Positions 26,640 to 34,747 of a stretch of 36,633 nt of DNA are shown here, in pieces; position 1 is the first letter of the stretch, and every line of letters starts with the position of its first letter. Position numbers and translations under genes: made by a program. The DNA comes from a virus (lineage: Duplodnaviria; Caudoviricetes), in the IMG/VR virus record IMGVR_UViG_3300021962_000290, positions 1 to 36,633 of that record. One strand, written 5' to 3'. Under the pieces are notes generated by a model. That model searched no databases, was not told the DNA's origin, and was given only the letters and a program-made list of their open reading frames with translations.

Positions 26640-26881
26640 CAGAAGGGCACATCGTCGTAGTCTTGTTTGGGTTTGGCAGGACGTTTCTGTCCCTGGTCTG
26701 TAACTCGGTCACCCAACTTCAGACCCCACCAGACATCTCCAGACTTCTGATCGACATTGCGCCAGGCAGACAACCAATACTTGTTTCCGTCAGTGTCAGT
26801 CCAAGTACCAGTCAGGTCAGGATGTGAATCTTTCTCTTTGCGGTTGTTCTTACGCAAACTACCACCTGCTTTTGCTTCCAT
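26639..26881 (-). CDS. DUF736-like small ssDNA-binding-type protein
   Basis: KEKDSHPDLTG...YWLSAW; SSB-like DDVPF tail; AGGAG RBS. Confidence 0.7.
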   Translation of the reverse strand: MEAKAGGSLRKNNRKEKDSHPDLTGTWTDTDGNKYWLSAWRNVDQKSGDVWWGLKLGDRVTDQGQKRPAKPKQDYDDVPF

Positions 26882-26927
26882 CTTTTATCTCCTGTTGAAG
26901 CATTGAACAAAGTTGTTGAGACTTCTC

Positions 26928-27005
26928 CCAACACGGCTGAGGACTGGTATCCAGCTTTTCTTACTGGCGTTCACGGGCGATACCGCCAATCCCCATGCGT
27001 GTTGG
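26928..27005 (-). ncRNA. Second C4-like stem element
   Basis: CCAACACG-CA-TGGGGATTGG ... CCAGTCCTCA-GC-CGTGTTGG. Confidence 0.5.
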
Positions 27006-27032
27006 TCAAAGAATGCTATCACAATGCAAGTA

Positions 27033-27061
27033 TTGCAGGCAACATTTATTTGTGGCATAGT
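27033..27061 (+). promoter_or_regulatory. Possible plus-strand sigma70 promoter
   Basis: TTGCAG-N17-CATAGT with TG extension. Confidence 0.4.
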
Positions 27062-27066
27062 GCAGT

Positions 27067-27261
27067 GCATGGGGCCATCACTCAGCCCTCTGGACGGTAG
27101 GCAGCTAACCAACCAGGATAAACGTACCGAGTCTATCGGGACTTCTAGTAGCACGAGCGAACGGGGCCAACAGGTAGAGCTAGTTCTTAACCGATCTAGT
27201 TAGGTTAGATAAACAAGGTGCTGCATCCATTCGTGGATATTCTCACTTTTTTTAGTGAGTG
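27067..27261 (+). ncRNA. Putative structured RNA, opposite to local gene direction
   Basis: Several hairpins including ATCCA-TTCG-TGGAT; no credible ORF. Confidence 0.4.
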
Positions 27262-27516
27262 CCATAGTTCGCCTAAACGCCTCGTGTGCCAGCAAGCTAC
27301 CAGGCTGATTTTGAGAAAAAAATTGCGAGGTGTACCCCCATCGCTAGGTGTGGGGTAGGGGGGGCAAGGTGTCTCGTTTGTAGCGCGATGGTTCTAACAT
27401 CTGCTGCAACACTACCTGCCAGCAATCCTGCAAATACCTACCCTACCGCATCGAACACGATATCCATTATGTTAAGTTACGCCAGACGGTAGCCTGAAAG
27501 TACCAAGATGCTGGCA

Positions 27517-28164
27517 TCAACGTAGCATTCTGTCTAACATCTGCTCAAGTTGCTCGATTGTGTACTTAGGTTCTAAACGAGAGATGGCGAGATCGACTAG
27601 TTCGCTTCCAACTGCTCGCCTGAGAGTATCAATCCTATCTATACTTTGCTGCTGATAGTCAAAATCTAGATTGCTTGCCCGATTGTCGTCAACTACTGGT
27701 TTAGATGACAATTTGCGTTTTTTCATAGTCTGGCCTTTAGGTTGTTGATTTAATTGGGTTTTTTGCTGCTGCTCTATCATGTAGGGCGCTGGTTCTTGCG
27801 TGACAGCGACAATGTCAGACACTGGCAGATCGTTGAATATCACTTGTCTGGTTTGCGCTCGCTCGCCTGGGAAACCTTTATACAAAACCCTCAGATAACC
27901 CTTGCGCGTTAGCCCCTGGGTTAGTCTGGTCATCCTGCTGATACTGATTCCCAGGTGATCGCCCACCCGCTTCATTCCCACCCATGTCAGACCGGATCGA
28001 TTCGTATAAGAGCATAGAACCATTAAAACCCGTAGTTCCATCGGTGTCAGTGTTCTATCGGTAGCTGCGCGGATCGGCACAATGGTTACTGTCCGCTGGT
28101 CTGGCTGCTGCTCTTTCGGTCGAATCCTGGGTTTTTTTGGCAGTGTTATCGGGACTGGTTCCAT
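27517..28164 (-). CDS. Winged-helix replication initiator-like protein
   Basis: LTPMELRVLMVLCSY...W...VGDHLGIS...LTRKGYL; start probably 28164 or 28176, downstream of a terminator. Confidence 0.7.
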   Translation of the reverse strand: MEPVPITLPKKPRIRPKEQQPDQRTVTIVPIRAATDRTLTPMELRVLMVLCSYTNRSGLTWVGMKRVGDHLGISISRMTRLTQGLTRKGYLRVLYKGFPGERAQTRQVIFNDLPVSDIVAVTQEPAPYMIEQQQKTQLNQQPKGQTMKKRKLSSKPVVDDNRASNLDFDYQQQSIDRIDTLRRAVGSELVDLAISRLEPKYTIEQLEQMLDRMLR

Positions 28165-28182
28165 AATGCGCGGCATTGTGCC

Positions 28183-28209
28183 AAAAAAAAGCCACCTACG
28201 ATAGGTGGC
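28183..28209 (-). terminator. Intrinsic terminator
   Basis: GCCACCTA-TCG-TAGGTGGC followed by T8. Confidence 0.8.
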
Positions 28210-28229
28210 CTTCAATGAATCAATTAGTT

Positions 28230-28442
28230 CTAATACCTTACCGCGCCCTGATTCGATAGCCTTTGCGCTGTCTTGATCCGTCTTACCGCGGCGCTCACGG
28301 TGGATTGAGCGCATCCTAGTTCGCTAGCTGCCTGGGTTTGCGTCCTACCCTTAACTAACACCAGTAACGCGCCCCGATGGGCTTTCCCGCCCATCTTAAG
28401 ACGCGCCAGGGCTTGCAATGCATAGAATTGATCAATTGTCAT
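28230..28442 (-). CDS. TrfB/KorA-like HTH regulator
   Basis: QF...LVLVKGRTQTQAASELGCAQSTVSAAVRRI resembles the IncP KorA N-domain. Confidence 0.65.
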   Translation of the reverse strand: MTIDQFYALQALARLKMGGKAHRGALLVLVKGRTQTQAASELGCAQSTVSAAVRRIKTAQRLSNQGAVRY

Positions 28443-28747
28443 GTTGTCCCCTTGTCTCTTACATTGAAAACAGCATAGAACCAATTGCAATTGGGGACGC
28501 CATATCGCTCTGAATCATGGCGCAAATGTGCTGGTGGATTGTCGCTGCCCAAGGGAAAATGGTAACTGTCAGCCAGATCAAGCCCGAATTTATCCATCGC
28601 ATGGACCAATTCCCCAAATTTTCCCCGAGCCACTGCAACACACAATTGCCCCGAGCCACCAGATTTGCCGGTTTCACAATCCAGGGCTTTAAGTGCCCCG
28701 TATACTTGAAAACGCATAGTGTGCGAGAGATCAAAAAACGATTTCAT
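28439..28747 (-). CDS. Hypothetical protein
   Basis: ATGA-coupled on both sides; AGGGGACAAC leader. Confidence 0.65.
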   Translation of the reverse strand: MKSFFDLSHTMRFQVYGALKALDCETGKSGGSGQLCVAVARGKFGELVHAMDKFGLDLADSYHFPLGSDNPPAHLRHDSERYGVPNCNWFYAVFNVRDKGTT

Positions 28748-29529
28748 GTTGTCCCCTCTACCGGCTTGCGACCGGCTTTCAAAATCTTTTCAGTAGCCCC
28801 GAAAATGCGTTGTGCTGACTTATCGCTGATCGTGTCGCCTTGCAACCATGCCTGGATATAACCCCGACTCTCATCCAACCCAGGCAACCCCAGTATCGTG
28901 CAGCATAGGTATGCTACCGACTCGGCTTCGACTTCGCGTATATCCCTCGGAGTGCGCTCGGTGTCGTCCAGTGCGCCCTCGGACGTATGCCCCAAAATAA
29001 CGTGAGCCAACTCGTGAAACCGGGTTTTATGGGGCAATGCTGCAATGGGGCTAACTGCTACGCAACGCCCCTTTGCAAATCCCTGACAATTGCCGTCCGG
29101 GTGGTCAAATGATACTTGCGTGATGTCCAAGGCAGGCAATGCCAGCTCCGCGCTCCATTCAGGCGAGGGCGTGTCGTGCGCGTAATCTTCGCCCTCGGTT
29201 TGCTCCAATACGAACCAGTTATTACGCAACACAAAAGCCTGGAAACAATCCCCGGTTTTGTCGCCGTTCTCATCTTTTTTATTGATCGTCACCGGCATAC
29301 ACAACTGAATGGCCTTGCTACCCTTTTTCACGTTACGCCCCAAGGCTTGCCAACGCTTAAATGTTGCAATGGGGCCAACTGGAATGTCACGCGCCACGCA
29401 CTGAGAATAGGCCAACATTTGATTGCCCACGCTGTAAGTGTAAAAGGCACTGTAAGCCTGAGAGATGATGCCCGGCTTATTGACAGCATCCGATAGCAGG
29501 CCCGACCAGTTTACGGTGTTTGCGCTCAT
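28744..29529 (-). CDS. ardC: ArdC-like ssDNA-binding antirestriction protein with zincin-like domain
   Basis: YSVGNQML, ATFKRWQALGRNVKKGSKA, HELAH, EVEAESVAY. Confidence 0.8.
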   Translation of the reverse strand: MSANTVNWSGLLSDAVNKPGIISQAYSAFYTYSVGNQMLAYSQCVARDIPVGPIATFKRWQALGRNVKKGSKAIQLCMPVTINKKDENGDKTGDCFQAFVLRNNWFVLEQTEGEDYAHDTPSPEWSAELALPALDITQVSFDHPDGNCQGFAKGRCVAVSPIAALPHKTRFHELAHVILGHTSEGALDDTERTPRDIREVEAESVAYLCCTILGLPGLDESRGYIQAWLQGDTISDKSAQRIFGATEKILKAGRKPVEGTT

Positions 29530-29530
29530 G

Positions 29531-29698
29531 TCACACCCCCAGGAAAAGAAAAGTTGCAAACATGAGGCCCATGGCGACAGCTGTCAGCACATCTAGCACC
29601 GGGGTGCTGTCACTGGGTTTTGCTTTGGTGATATAAAACGATGCGCCGAGACGCCAGATGCGGATAAAGTGAATCCCGCCGATTTTCCGATGTGTCAT
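29531..29698 (-). CDS. Small membrane protein
   Basis: ATG 29698 with AAGGGG RBS; C-terminal hydrophobic helix. Confidence 0.55.
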   Translation of the reverse strand: MTHRKIGGIHFIRIWRLGASFYITKAKPSDSTPVLDVLTAVAMGLMFATFLFLGV

Positions 29699-30145
29699 CT
29701 TGATCCCCTTAATAGGTGGGTTGCTGATGTATCGGTGGCCTGATTGCCTGCCGATGCACAGAATATAACGCACGCAAATACGCTATGTAATAGGGACAAA
29801 CCCTAATCCCTGAAAATAAATATTGACAGCATCGGACAATGGCAACACGCGCCCATGCTGAACCGGATTGTCGCGCCCATTGTCTCGCCCCGGCGAACCC
29901 GAAACCCGGCCCGATAGCATGGGAAACGCACCCGAATGCGGGTTCTATGCGTTAACCCAGCGCATGAGTACTTTTCACCTATAGGTAGGGTTTACCCCAT
30001 GAATACTTATGGGTACACTAGGGTATACCCGGATAGGTAGGCGAGTCCCCTGATGTGGGGCCGATGGAAATTTCTAGCCGAGATTGTGGGGAAATAATCT
30101 GGAAACTACCCTCAAATCGGTAGCAAAAATTACCAGGGAATACTG

Positions 30146-30358
30146 CTACCCCCCGGTCATGTTCTTTCTGGCATCACTGATAGCCCTCATGTGACCCCTG
30201 ATGCGCTCGGAAGACCCTTCCCCATACCAAGCCTCACCCGCTGCCAGATGACGCTCTATAAGGGCTTTATCCTTCGTTGCTTCCCAGGTATCCAGCAGTT
30301 CTCTAGCCCTGGCTCTCTCCAGAATCCCACGCTCGGGCAGTGGGCCTGTGTTCTTCAT
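30146..30358 (-). CDS. Hypothetical protein
   Basis: MKNTGPLPERGILERARARELL...; AAGGA upstream. Confidence 0.55.
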   Translation of the reverse strand: MKNTGPLPERGILERARARELLDTWEATKDKALIERHLAAGEAWYGEGSSERIRGHMRAISDARKNMTGG

Positions 30359-30533
30359 CCTTTTGTACGGCTTGCGTAGGATGTTTGACAGCGTACTTGA
30401 TGGCATCCTTGGTCACTCCAAACCTTCTGGCTATCTCCTCATACGTCACACCCTGCTTGATCAGGGTGAACATCCTTTTCTCATCTATCTGGGTACGCTT
30501 TCTGCCCGACCCTGGCCTTGCTCCTCCATGCAT
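30303..30533 (-). CDS. Small HTH protein
   Basis: GGARPGSGRK plus GVTYEEIARRFGVT. Confidence 0.7.
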   Translation of the reverse strand: MHGGARPGSGRKRTQIDEKRMFTLIKQGVTYEEIARRFGVTKDAIKYAVKHPTQAVQKDEEHRPTARAWDSGESQG

Positions 30534-30727
30534 CAGTTCATCCTTGGTGGTTCAATGTCTGTATCCATCTCATGGGCCATCTGCCTGACCTGCCTGGCCA
30601 TCAAGGTCATCCAATGAGACTGCTGAGAGTGCGACTCTACCAGCTTCAAAATGCAGTCCTGAAGCGTGGAAACACCGTCCTCCAGAACCGCTAACCTGCG
30701 CTCGATTTCCTTGATCTTGTCGTTCAT
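30533..30727 (-). CDS. Hypothetical coiled-coil protein
   Basis: ATGA-coupled; AAGGGG RBS. Confidence 0.6.
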   Translation of the reverse strand: MNDKIKEIERRLAVLEDGVSTLQDCILKLVESHSQQSHWMTLMARQVRQMAHEMDTDIEPPRMN

Positions 30728-30978
30728 GCTTGTCCCCTTGCTCGAACGTGGTACGCACAATTAATGCAGGCAGAATCCCACTCGCCTTCAGTGTCATCAT
30801 CAGCGTTTTCCTCACACACCTTCGCACACGCCTCACGCTCTGCGGCGGCGACAAGGACGGCGAAATGCCATAAGGGTTCAAACCCGTGGTCATCGTCTGC
30901 GTATTCCCAACCTGCCTCCTTCGCCAACTCGATATAGCCAGCCTCCCGCGCCATGCGGATGATGTCATCTCGGTTCAT
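30724..30978 (-). CDS. Conserved small phage protein
   Basis: MNRDDIIRMAREAG...AAAEREACAKVCE...RARG. Confidence 0.75.
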   Translation of the reverse strand: MNRDDIIRMAREAGYIELAKEAGWEYADDDHGFEPLWHFAVLVAAAEREACAKVCEENADDDTEGEWDSACINCAYHVRARGQA

Positions 30979-30979
30979 G

Positions 30980-31147
30980 TCATCTCCAGGTTGTTTGAAC
31001 CTTCTGGTTCTTGTAGTAGTAGTTGATCAAGTAATCGAACAACTGCACATAGGTCATCAACACACCAGTCTCCTCATGCAGACGACTCCTGATCTTGTCA
31101 ATGTCGTGAGACACAAACACCGTTAATCTCTTTTTCTTTTCAGTCAC
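30980..31147 (-). CDS. Small ribbon-helix-helix-like protein (55 aa, missing from ORF track)
   Basis: GTG start; MTEKKKRLTVFVSHDIDKIRSRLHEETGVLMTYVQLFDYLINYY... Confidence 0.6.
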   Translation of the reverse strand: MTEKKKRLTVFVSHDIDKIRSRLHEETGVLMTYVQLFDYLINYYYKNQKVQTTWR

Positions 31148-31253
31148 GGTCTTTCCTTTTATAAACCATCAAACAACCAGCCACAACCAACGCAACAAAT
31201 ACTGAAGCAATCAACCCCAACAACGTGAGCAATCCTTCAGTCGCCTCGTTCAT
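31140..31253 (-). CDS. 37-aa membrane peptide
   Basis: MNEATEGLLTLLGLIASVFVALVVAGCLMVYKRKDRD; ATGA coupling. Confidence 0.5.
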   Translation of the reverse strand: MNEATEGLLTLLGLIASVFVALVVAGCLMVYKRKDRD

Positions 31254-31534
31254 GGTTCTTGCGGCTGAACTCTCTCGTAATGCCCACAAGTCCCGCACTT
31301 CCAGTTCAACCCATTGCCAGTCAACATCAGAACATCCTGGCGACACACTGGACAATCACGGAACTCAGGCTTGTCATCCTCGTCTTGCAGTTCTTCCATC
31401 TCGTCACGCAGTGCTTTTAACTGCTCAACCGTGTACCTCAACGCAGCGTGCAGATCAGCCACCGTCTTGACATCAATGGGAACCACTGTGCCTGGATTCA
31501 GGAAGTTCAATCCTCGCTTGACAGATTCATTCAT
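31250..31534 (-). CDS. Hypothetical protein with C-terminal zinc ribbon
   Basis: CPVC...CGTC; GGAG RBS. Confidence 0.65.
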   Translation of the reverse strand: MNESVKRGLNFLNPGTVVPIDVKTVADLHAALRYTVEQLKALRDEMEELQDEDDKPEFRDCPVCRQDVLMLTGNGLNWKCGTCGHYERVQPQEP

Positions 31535-31959
31535 GGCAATATCTCCGCAACAAAAATCTCAACGCATGGGTACTTTGAATAAGCCTTCATGCTATGCAGT
31601 TCCACAACCTGGCTATCGTCTACCCATAGAATCCCATTACCGGCATCCATGACTGCCTTGACGTAGTTGTCAATGTCTGGCTTGCCAGTCGGTCTGATCT
31701 CCGAGGTCACAGCGTCATGCTGCTTCTTCTTTGACCACGATGCAGGGATACCCTTCCACACCCTGACAGACAGCGCCAGCGGCCCTTCTAGTGGCTCGCT
31801 CATGCCCATTGCCTGTCTAGCATGGTCACGCACTACGTCCTCCCACTTGGCAGTCTTGGCAGGCGTGTATGCCTTGACGAATCCACCCTGCCGAGCAAAC
31901 CTTGGTCTGCCCTTGCCAACTGGCTCTCCGTCTACCCGGAAGTTCACAACAAAGGTCAC
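31531..31959 (-). CDS. rusA: RusA family Holliday junction resolvase
   Basis: PVGKGRPRF, KPDIDNYVKAVMDA, WVDDSQVV. Confidence 0.92.
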   Translation of the reverse strand: MTFVVNFRVDGEPVGKGRPRFARQGGFVKAYTPAKTAKWEDVVRDHARQAMGMSEPLEGPLALSVRVWKGIPASWSKKKQHDAVTSEIRPTGKPDIDNYVKAVMDAGNGILWVDDSQVVELHSMKAYSKYPCVEIFVAEILP

Positions 31960-32126
31960 GATTTCCTAGTCCTTTTTAGCCAGCAGCCAACACAGAGCCA
32001 CTTGCTTTCCGACATTCTTATCCCTCCCTCGGGAGGCTTCTCCGAGTGACAGGAACTGCACATTTTTAGTGGGTGAGCCTGCCTGCTGCTGTTCTTGAGT
32101 GCGAGTTGGTGTTTTGCAAAAGACAT
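31956..32126 (-). CDS. Small zinc-finger protein
   Basis: CSSC...KPPEGG...WLCVGCW; AGGAG RBS. Confidence 0.6.
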   Translation of the reverse strand: MSFAKHQLALKNSSRQAHPLKMCSSCHSEKPPEGGIRMSESKWLCVGCWLKRTRKS

Positions 32127-32229
32127 CAATGTCTCCTGTGAGAGTGAGTGCTGCAACAACCTGTTCTGAAGTAGCAGATGTGCCCTCCTTGATCTGGTCA
32201 AGCAACTTATGTGCTTCATCCTTGGTCAT
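31966..32229 (-). CDS. Hypothetical protein (3' half overlaps next gene)
   Basis: MTKDEAHKLLDQIKEG...ALTLTGDI; ATGA coupling. Confidence 0.5.
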   Translation of the reverse strand: MTKDEAHKLLDQIKEGTSATSEQVVAALTLTGDIDVFCKTPTRTQEQQQAGSPTKNVQFLSLGEASRGRDKNVGKQVALCWLLAKKD

Positions 32230-32396
32230 TTTGGCGGCTTGAATTCTGGCCTTGGTTCCGGTGGAACCCAACCAAAACGCTTCCAGGTTGCCTGCACATC
32301 TGCGCCTCTGGTGTACTGGTAGTCCTTGTTAGTCACTAGCACAGTCGGCATCGTGACCTTAGTCCCCGGAGGGGGTTCCCACTTGAGTTGATTCAT
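32226..32396 (-). CDS. Small phage protein (56 aa, missing from ORF track)
   Basis: MNQLKWEPPPG...ADVQATWKRFGWVPP... Confidence 0.6.
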   Translation of the reverse strand: MNQLKWEPPPGTKVTMPTVLVTNKDYQYTRGADVQATWKRFGWVPPEPRPEFKPPK

Positions 32397-32607
32397 CTTG
32401 ACCTTTCAACATGGCTGACAAACGAACATCCAAACTGCTGTACTTCCGAGCCAGTCCGTCAATGATCAACTCCTCGACGATGCTGGCTTGACTACGGCGC
32501 TGGTCTTGCGAGGCGGCAACAAGCAACTCTTTTGCTTGCGGTCGGATGCGAACCATCACCGGGATGACCTTGATCTTGGGCTTGATAAAGTGTTTCATGT
32601 GTGGCAT
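32359..32607 (-). CDS. Arc-like ribbon-helix-helix regulator
   Basis: PVMVRIRP...LLVAASQDQRRSQASIVEELI; first gene left of the divergent control region. Confidence 0.7.
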   Translation of the reverse strand: MPHMKHFIKPKIKVIPVMVRIRPQAKELLVAASQDQRRSQASIVEELIIDGLARKYSSLDVRLSAMLKGQDESTQVGTPSGD

Positions 32608-32701
32608 TGTAGTGCTTTCATTGTGAAATCATGCAACTAGGGAAAACACCTATGTTCTTGCATGGTTGCCTCTGTGGTATAGTGCTTTCACGTTGATAGC
32701 A
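32606..32701. promoter_or_regulatory. Divergent promoter/operator region
   Basis: Minus TTGCAT-N19-TACAAT; plus TG-G-TATAGT; two TGCTTTCA-N3-TGAWAKCA palindromes; central TAGGGAAAACACCTA. Confidence 0.65.
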
Positions 32702-32738
32702 ATCAGCGTAATCTTTAACTTCCAACTATGGAGAAAGA

Positions 32739-32831
32739 ATGAACTGGCCTTTTCCTACCAAACCAATCCAAACGCCGCCCATTGGCGACATTCCCTTTGG
32801 CCTTGATGACTACGAGGATGCACCGCTATGA
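32739..32831 (+). CDS. 30-aa early peptide (missing from ORF track)
   Basis: MNWPFPTKPIQTPPIGDIPFGLDDYEDAPL; GGAG RBS; ATGA coupling. Confidence 0.6.
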   Translation: MNWPFPTKPIQTPPIGDIPFGLDDYEDAPL

Positions 32832-33139
32832 CTTTCGGAACTCTCTGGCAGAAGCTGGTACGCAAAGATGCCCCTGTAACGTCCATAGAGGCGGCAGCAA
32901 GCGTCGATACCGCATCAATGGAGCAACTGGTGTACAGCACCATTGCGCTCCATCCTGACGGCTGTATTCAAGATGAAGTCCTGAGCATCCTGTCCCACCG
33001 CCCCTACTCCAGCGTGACTGCCAGATTCCGCAGTCTGCTGGACAAGGGTTACATCGTAGACACCGGGTTGACTCGCCCCGGCAGGTCTGGTCGTCAACAG
33101 CGAGTCGTCAAAATTGTGGAGAAAACAAATGAGCAATAA
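32828..33139 (+). CDS. Winged-helix protein
   Basis: DAPVTSIEAA...YSSVTARFRSLLDKGYIVDTG..R...SGRQQRV. Confidence 0.7.
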   Translation: MTFGTLWQKLVRKDAPVTSIEAAASVDTASMEQLVYSTIALHPDGCIQDEVLSILSHRPYSSVTARFRSLLDKGYIVDTGLTRPGRSGRQQRVVKIVEKTNEQ

Positions 33140-33338
33140 AACAGGTGGACCAGCGTTTCCTATCGAAATCAATAGCGAGATGACTTGTTTAGGCATGACC
33201 CTGCGAGACTACTTTGCAGCTAAGGCTATGCAGGGTTTTGCGTCCAATCTAGGGCCGGGATACGCTTTTAATTCAAGAGCAGAAATTGCTTACCAATGGG
33301 CAGACGCAATGCTGAAAGCGAGGGAACAAAATGCCTAA
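33129..33338 (+). CDS. Conserved small phage protein
   Basis: TGGPAFP...GMTLRDYFAAKAMQG...AYQWADAMLKAR. Confidence 0.8.
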   Translation: MSNKTGGPAFPIEINSEMTCLGMTLRDYFAAKAMQGFASNLGPGYAFNSRAEIAYQWADAMLKAREQNA

Positions 33339-34281
33339 GTTAACCAGTGATGAGATGCTGTCGTGCAGTCAACTGCCCAGCCTGTTCGGAGTGAGTCCTT
33401 ACTCCAAACCAAACGACACCCTGATGTTCTGTGCCAAGTCCATTCTGGGCGAGGATGCTCGTACTCCAGCAGGCGAGGCGGCAGATTGGGGCAACCTGCT
33501 TGAGCCTGCCATCATTGCGGAGATTGCCAAGCGTCTGGGCATCGACCGCTACGAGATGCCTGACAAAGCGTTCAAGCATCCTGAACTGGCGCTCGGTGCT
33601 AGTGCTGATGCCATTGCCTTTGTGGACAAGGAGATCGTCATCCAGCACGATCCGTCCAACGGCATCTATGTGGTGGACGGTGACTCGATCACCCTCAAGG
33701 GCAATGGTGTACTGGAATCCAAGCTGACTAGAAGCCCCCAGGAAGAATCCCTGCCGCTGTACCGGGGGCCAATCCAGGTGCAAGGCGTAATGATGTGTAC
33801 TGGTCTGGAATGGGCAGCAATCGGGTGTCTGTACTCAGGCATTGAACTGCGCATCTTCCTGTTCAAACCCCATCAGGCCACGCAGGAACACATCAAGAAC
33901 CTAGCCTACGACTTTGAGTTGCGGCTTGAGAAGTTCCGTCAGACCGGGGAACTTGATTACTATCCGCCTGCTGACAACAAGGATGCCAACCGAGTTTGGC
34001 CCACAGCCAACGACGAAGACATTGATCTGGGTGACGAGTACGAGGGTATTGCCAGCGCCATCATTGGACTGAAGGCTGAGATCAAAAGCATGGAGGATCA
34101 GGTTGCCGAGAAAGAACTGAAACTCAAGGAGATGATGCAGGGGTTTGGCAGTGCTAAGTGTGGCAAGTGGCAGATCAAATGGCCCATGCGTCACTACAAG
34201 GAAACTCAGGAAAAAATTACACCGGCAAAACCTGCATACTCAGTGCGCCAGTCAACCCTCTCAATCAAGGAAATCAAATGA
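33331..34281 (+). CDS. YqaJ/lambda-Exo family recombination exonuclease
   Basis: WGNLLEP, ASADA, LESK, IQVQGVM PD-(D/E)xK motifs. Confidence 0.85.
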   Translation: MPKLTSDEMLSCSQLPSLFGVSPYSKPNDTLMFCAKSILGEDARTPAGEAADWGNLLEPAIIAEIAKRLGIDRYEMPDKAFKHPELALGASADAIAFVDKEIVIQHDPSNGIYVVDGDSITLKGNGVLESKLTRSPQEESLPLYRGPIQVQGVMMCTGLEWAAIGCLYSGIELRIFLFKPHQATQEHIKNLAYDFELRLEKFRQTGELDYYPPADNKDANRVWPTANDEDIDLGDEYEGIASAIIGLKAEIKSMEDQVAEKELKLKEMMQGFGSAKCGKWQIKWPMRHYKETQEKITPAKPAYSVRQSTLSIKEIK

Positions 34282-34502
34282 ACAATACGCAATCAGATTT
34301 TGATTATCTTGTATCTGTTTTCAGTGCAGACGTTGATGCGTTAGAAGATGCTCGAATGACACTGGAATCAATCAAGCAGGCTGACCCTGGAACTTATGAT
34401 GAAATCATTGATGAATCATTAAGACTAATATTAAAAGCATTGAGCCTCTCTATTGGTGAGGTTACTGAAAGAATTGCAGATCAACTTGGAGTAACACAAT
34501 GA
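34278..34502 (+). CDS. Hypothetical acidic protein
   Basis: AAGGA RBS; coupled to neighbours. Confidence 0.6.
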   Translation: MNNTQSDFDYLVSVFSADVDALEDARMTLESIKQADPGTYDEIIDESLRLILKALSLSIGEVTERIADQLGVTQ

Positions 34503-34747
34503 AGTCGTCAAGAATTAAATCAAAGGTCACGACTGACCACCCCATGCACAAACTATATGAGGCAGCAAACGACATTGTTGCTCGTACAGTAACTGCCTAC
34601 AACAATGCCAATGTGCCTGTACCAGAGAGCTTCTCTCTGCCCATCTGGATTACTGGCGACGAGATTATGAAGGTGACCATCGAGGTAGGTTCGAAAACGT
34701 CAGCAGAATACGCAATCTTTAAAGCACAAAACGAGGATAAGAAATGA
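34499..34747 (+). CDS. Hypothetical protein
   Basis: GGAG RBS; ATGA coupling. Confidence 0.6.
   Translation: MKSSRIKSKVTTDHPMHKLYEAANDIVARTVTAYNNANVPVPESFSLPIWITGDEIMKVTIEVGSKTSAEYAIFKAQNEDKK

Noticed and set aside
27267-27278. GTTCGCCTAAAC as a KorA operator (GTTTAGCTAAAC)
   Set aside because: Three mismatches, single copy, not at a clear promoter
26885-27492. Short ORFs on both strands in this gap
   Set aside because: No clear RBS or recognisable motifs; they overlap hairpins and low-complexity tracts
28165-28314. N-terminal extension of the 265-aa initiator ORF
   Set aside because: Overlaps the KorA-like gene and crosses its terminator; the true start is probably 28164 or 28176
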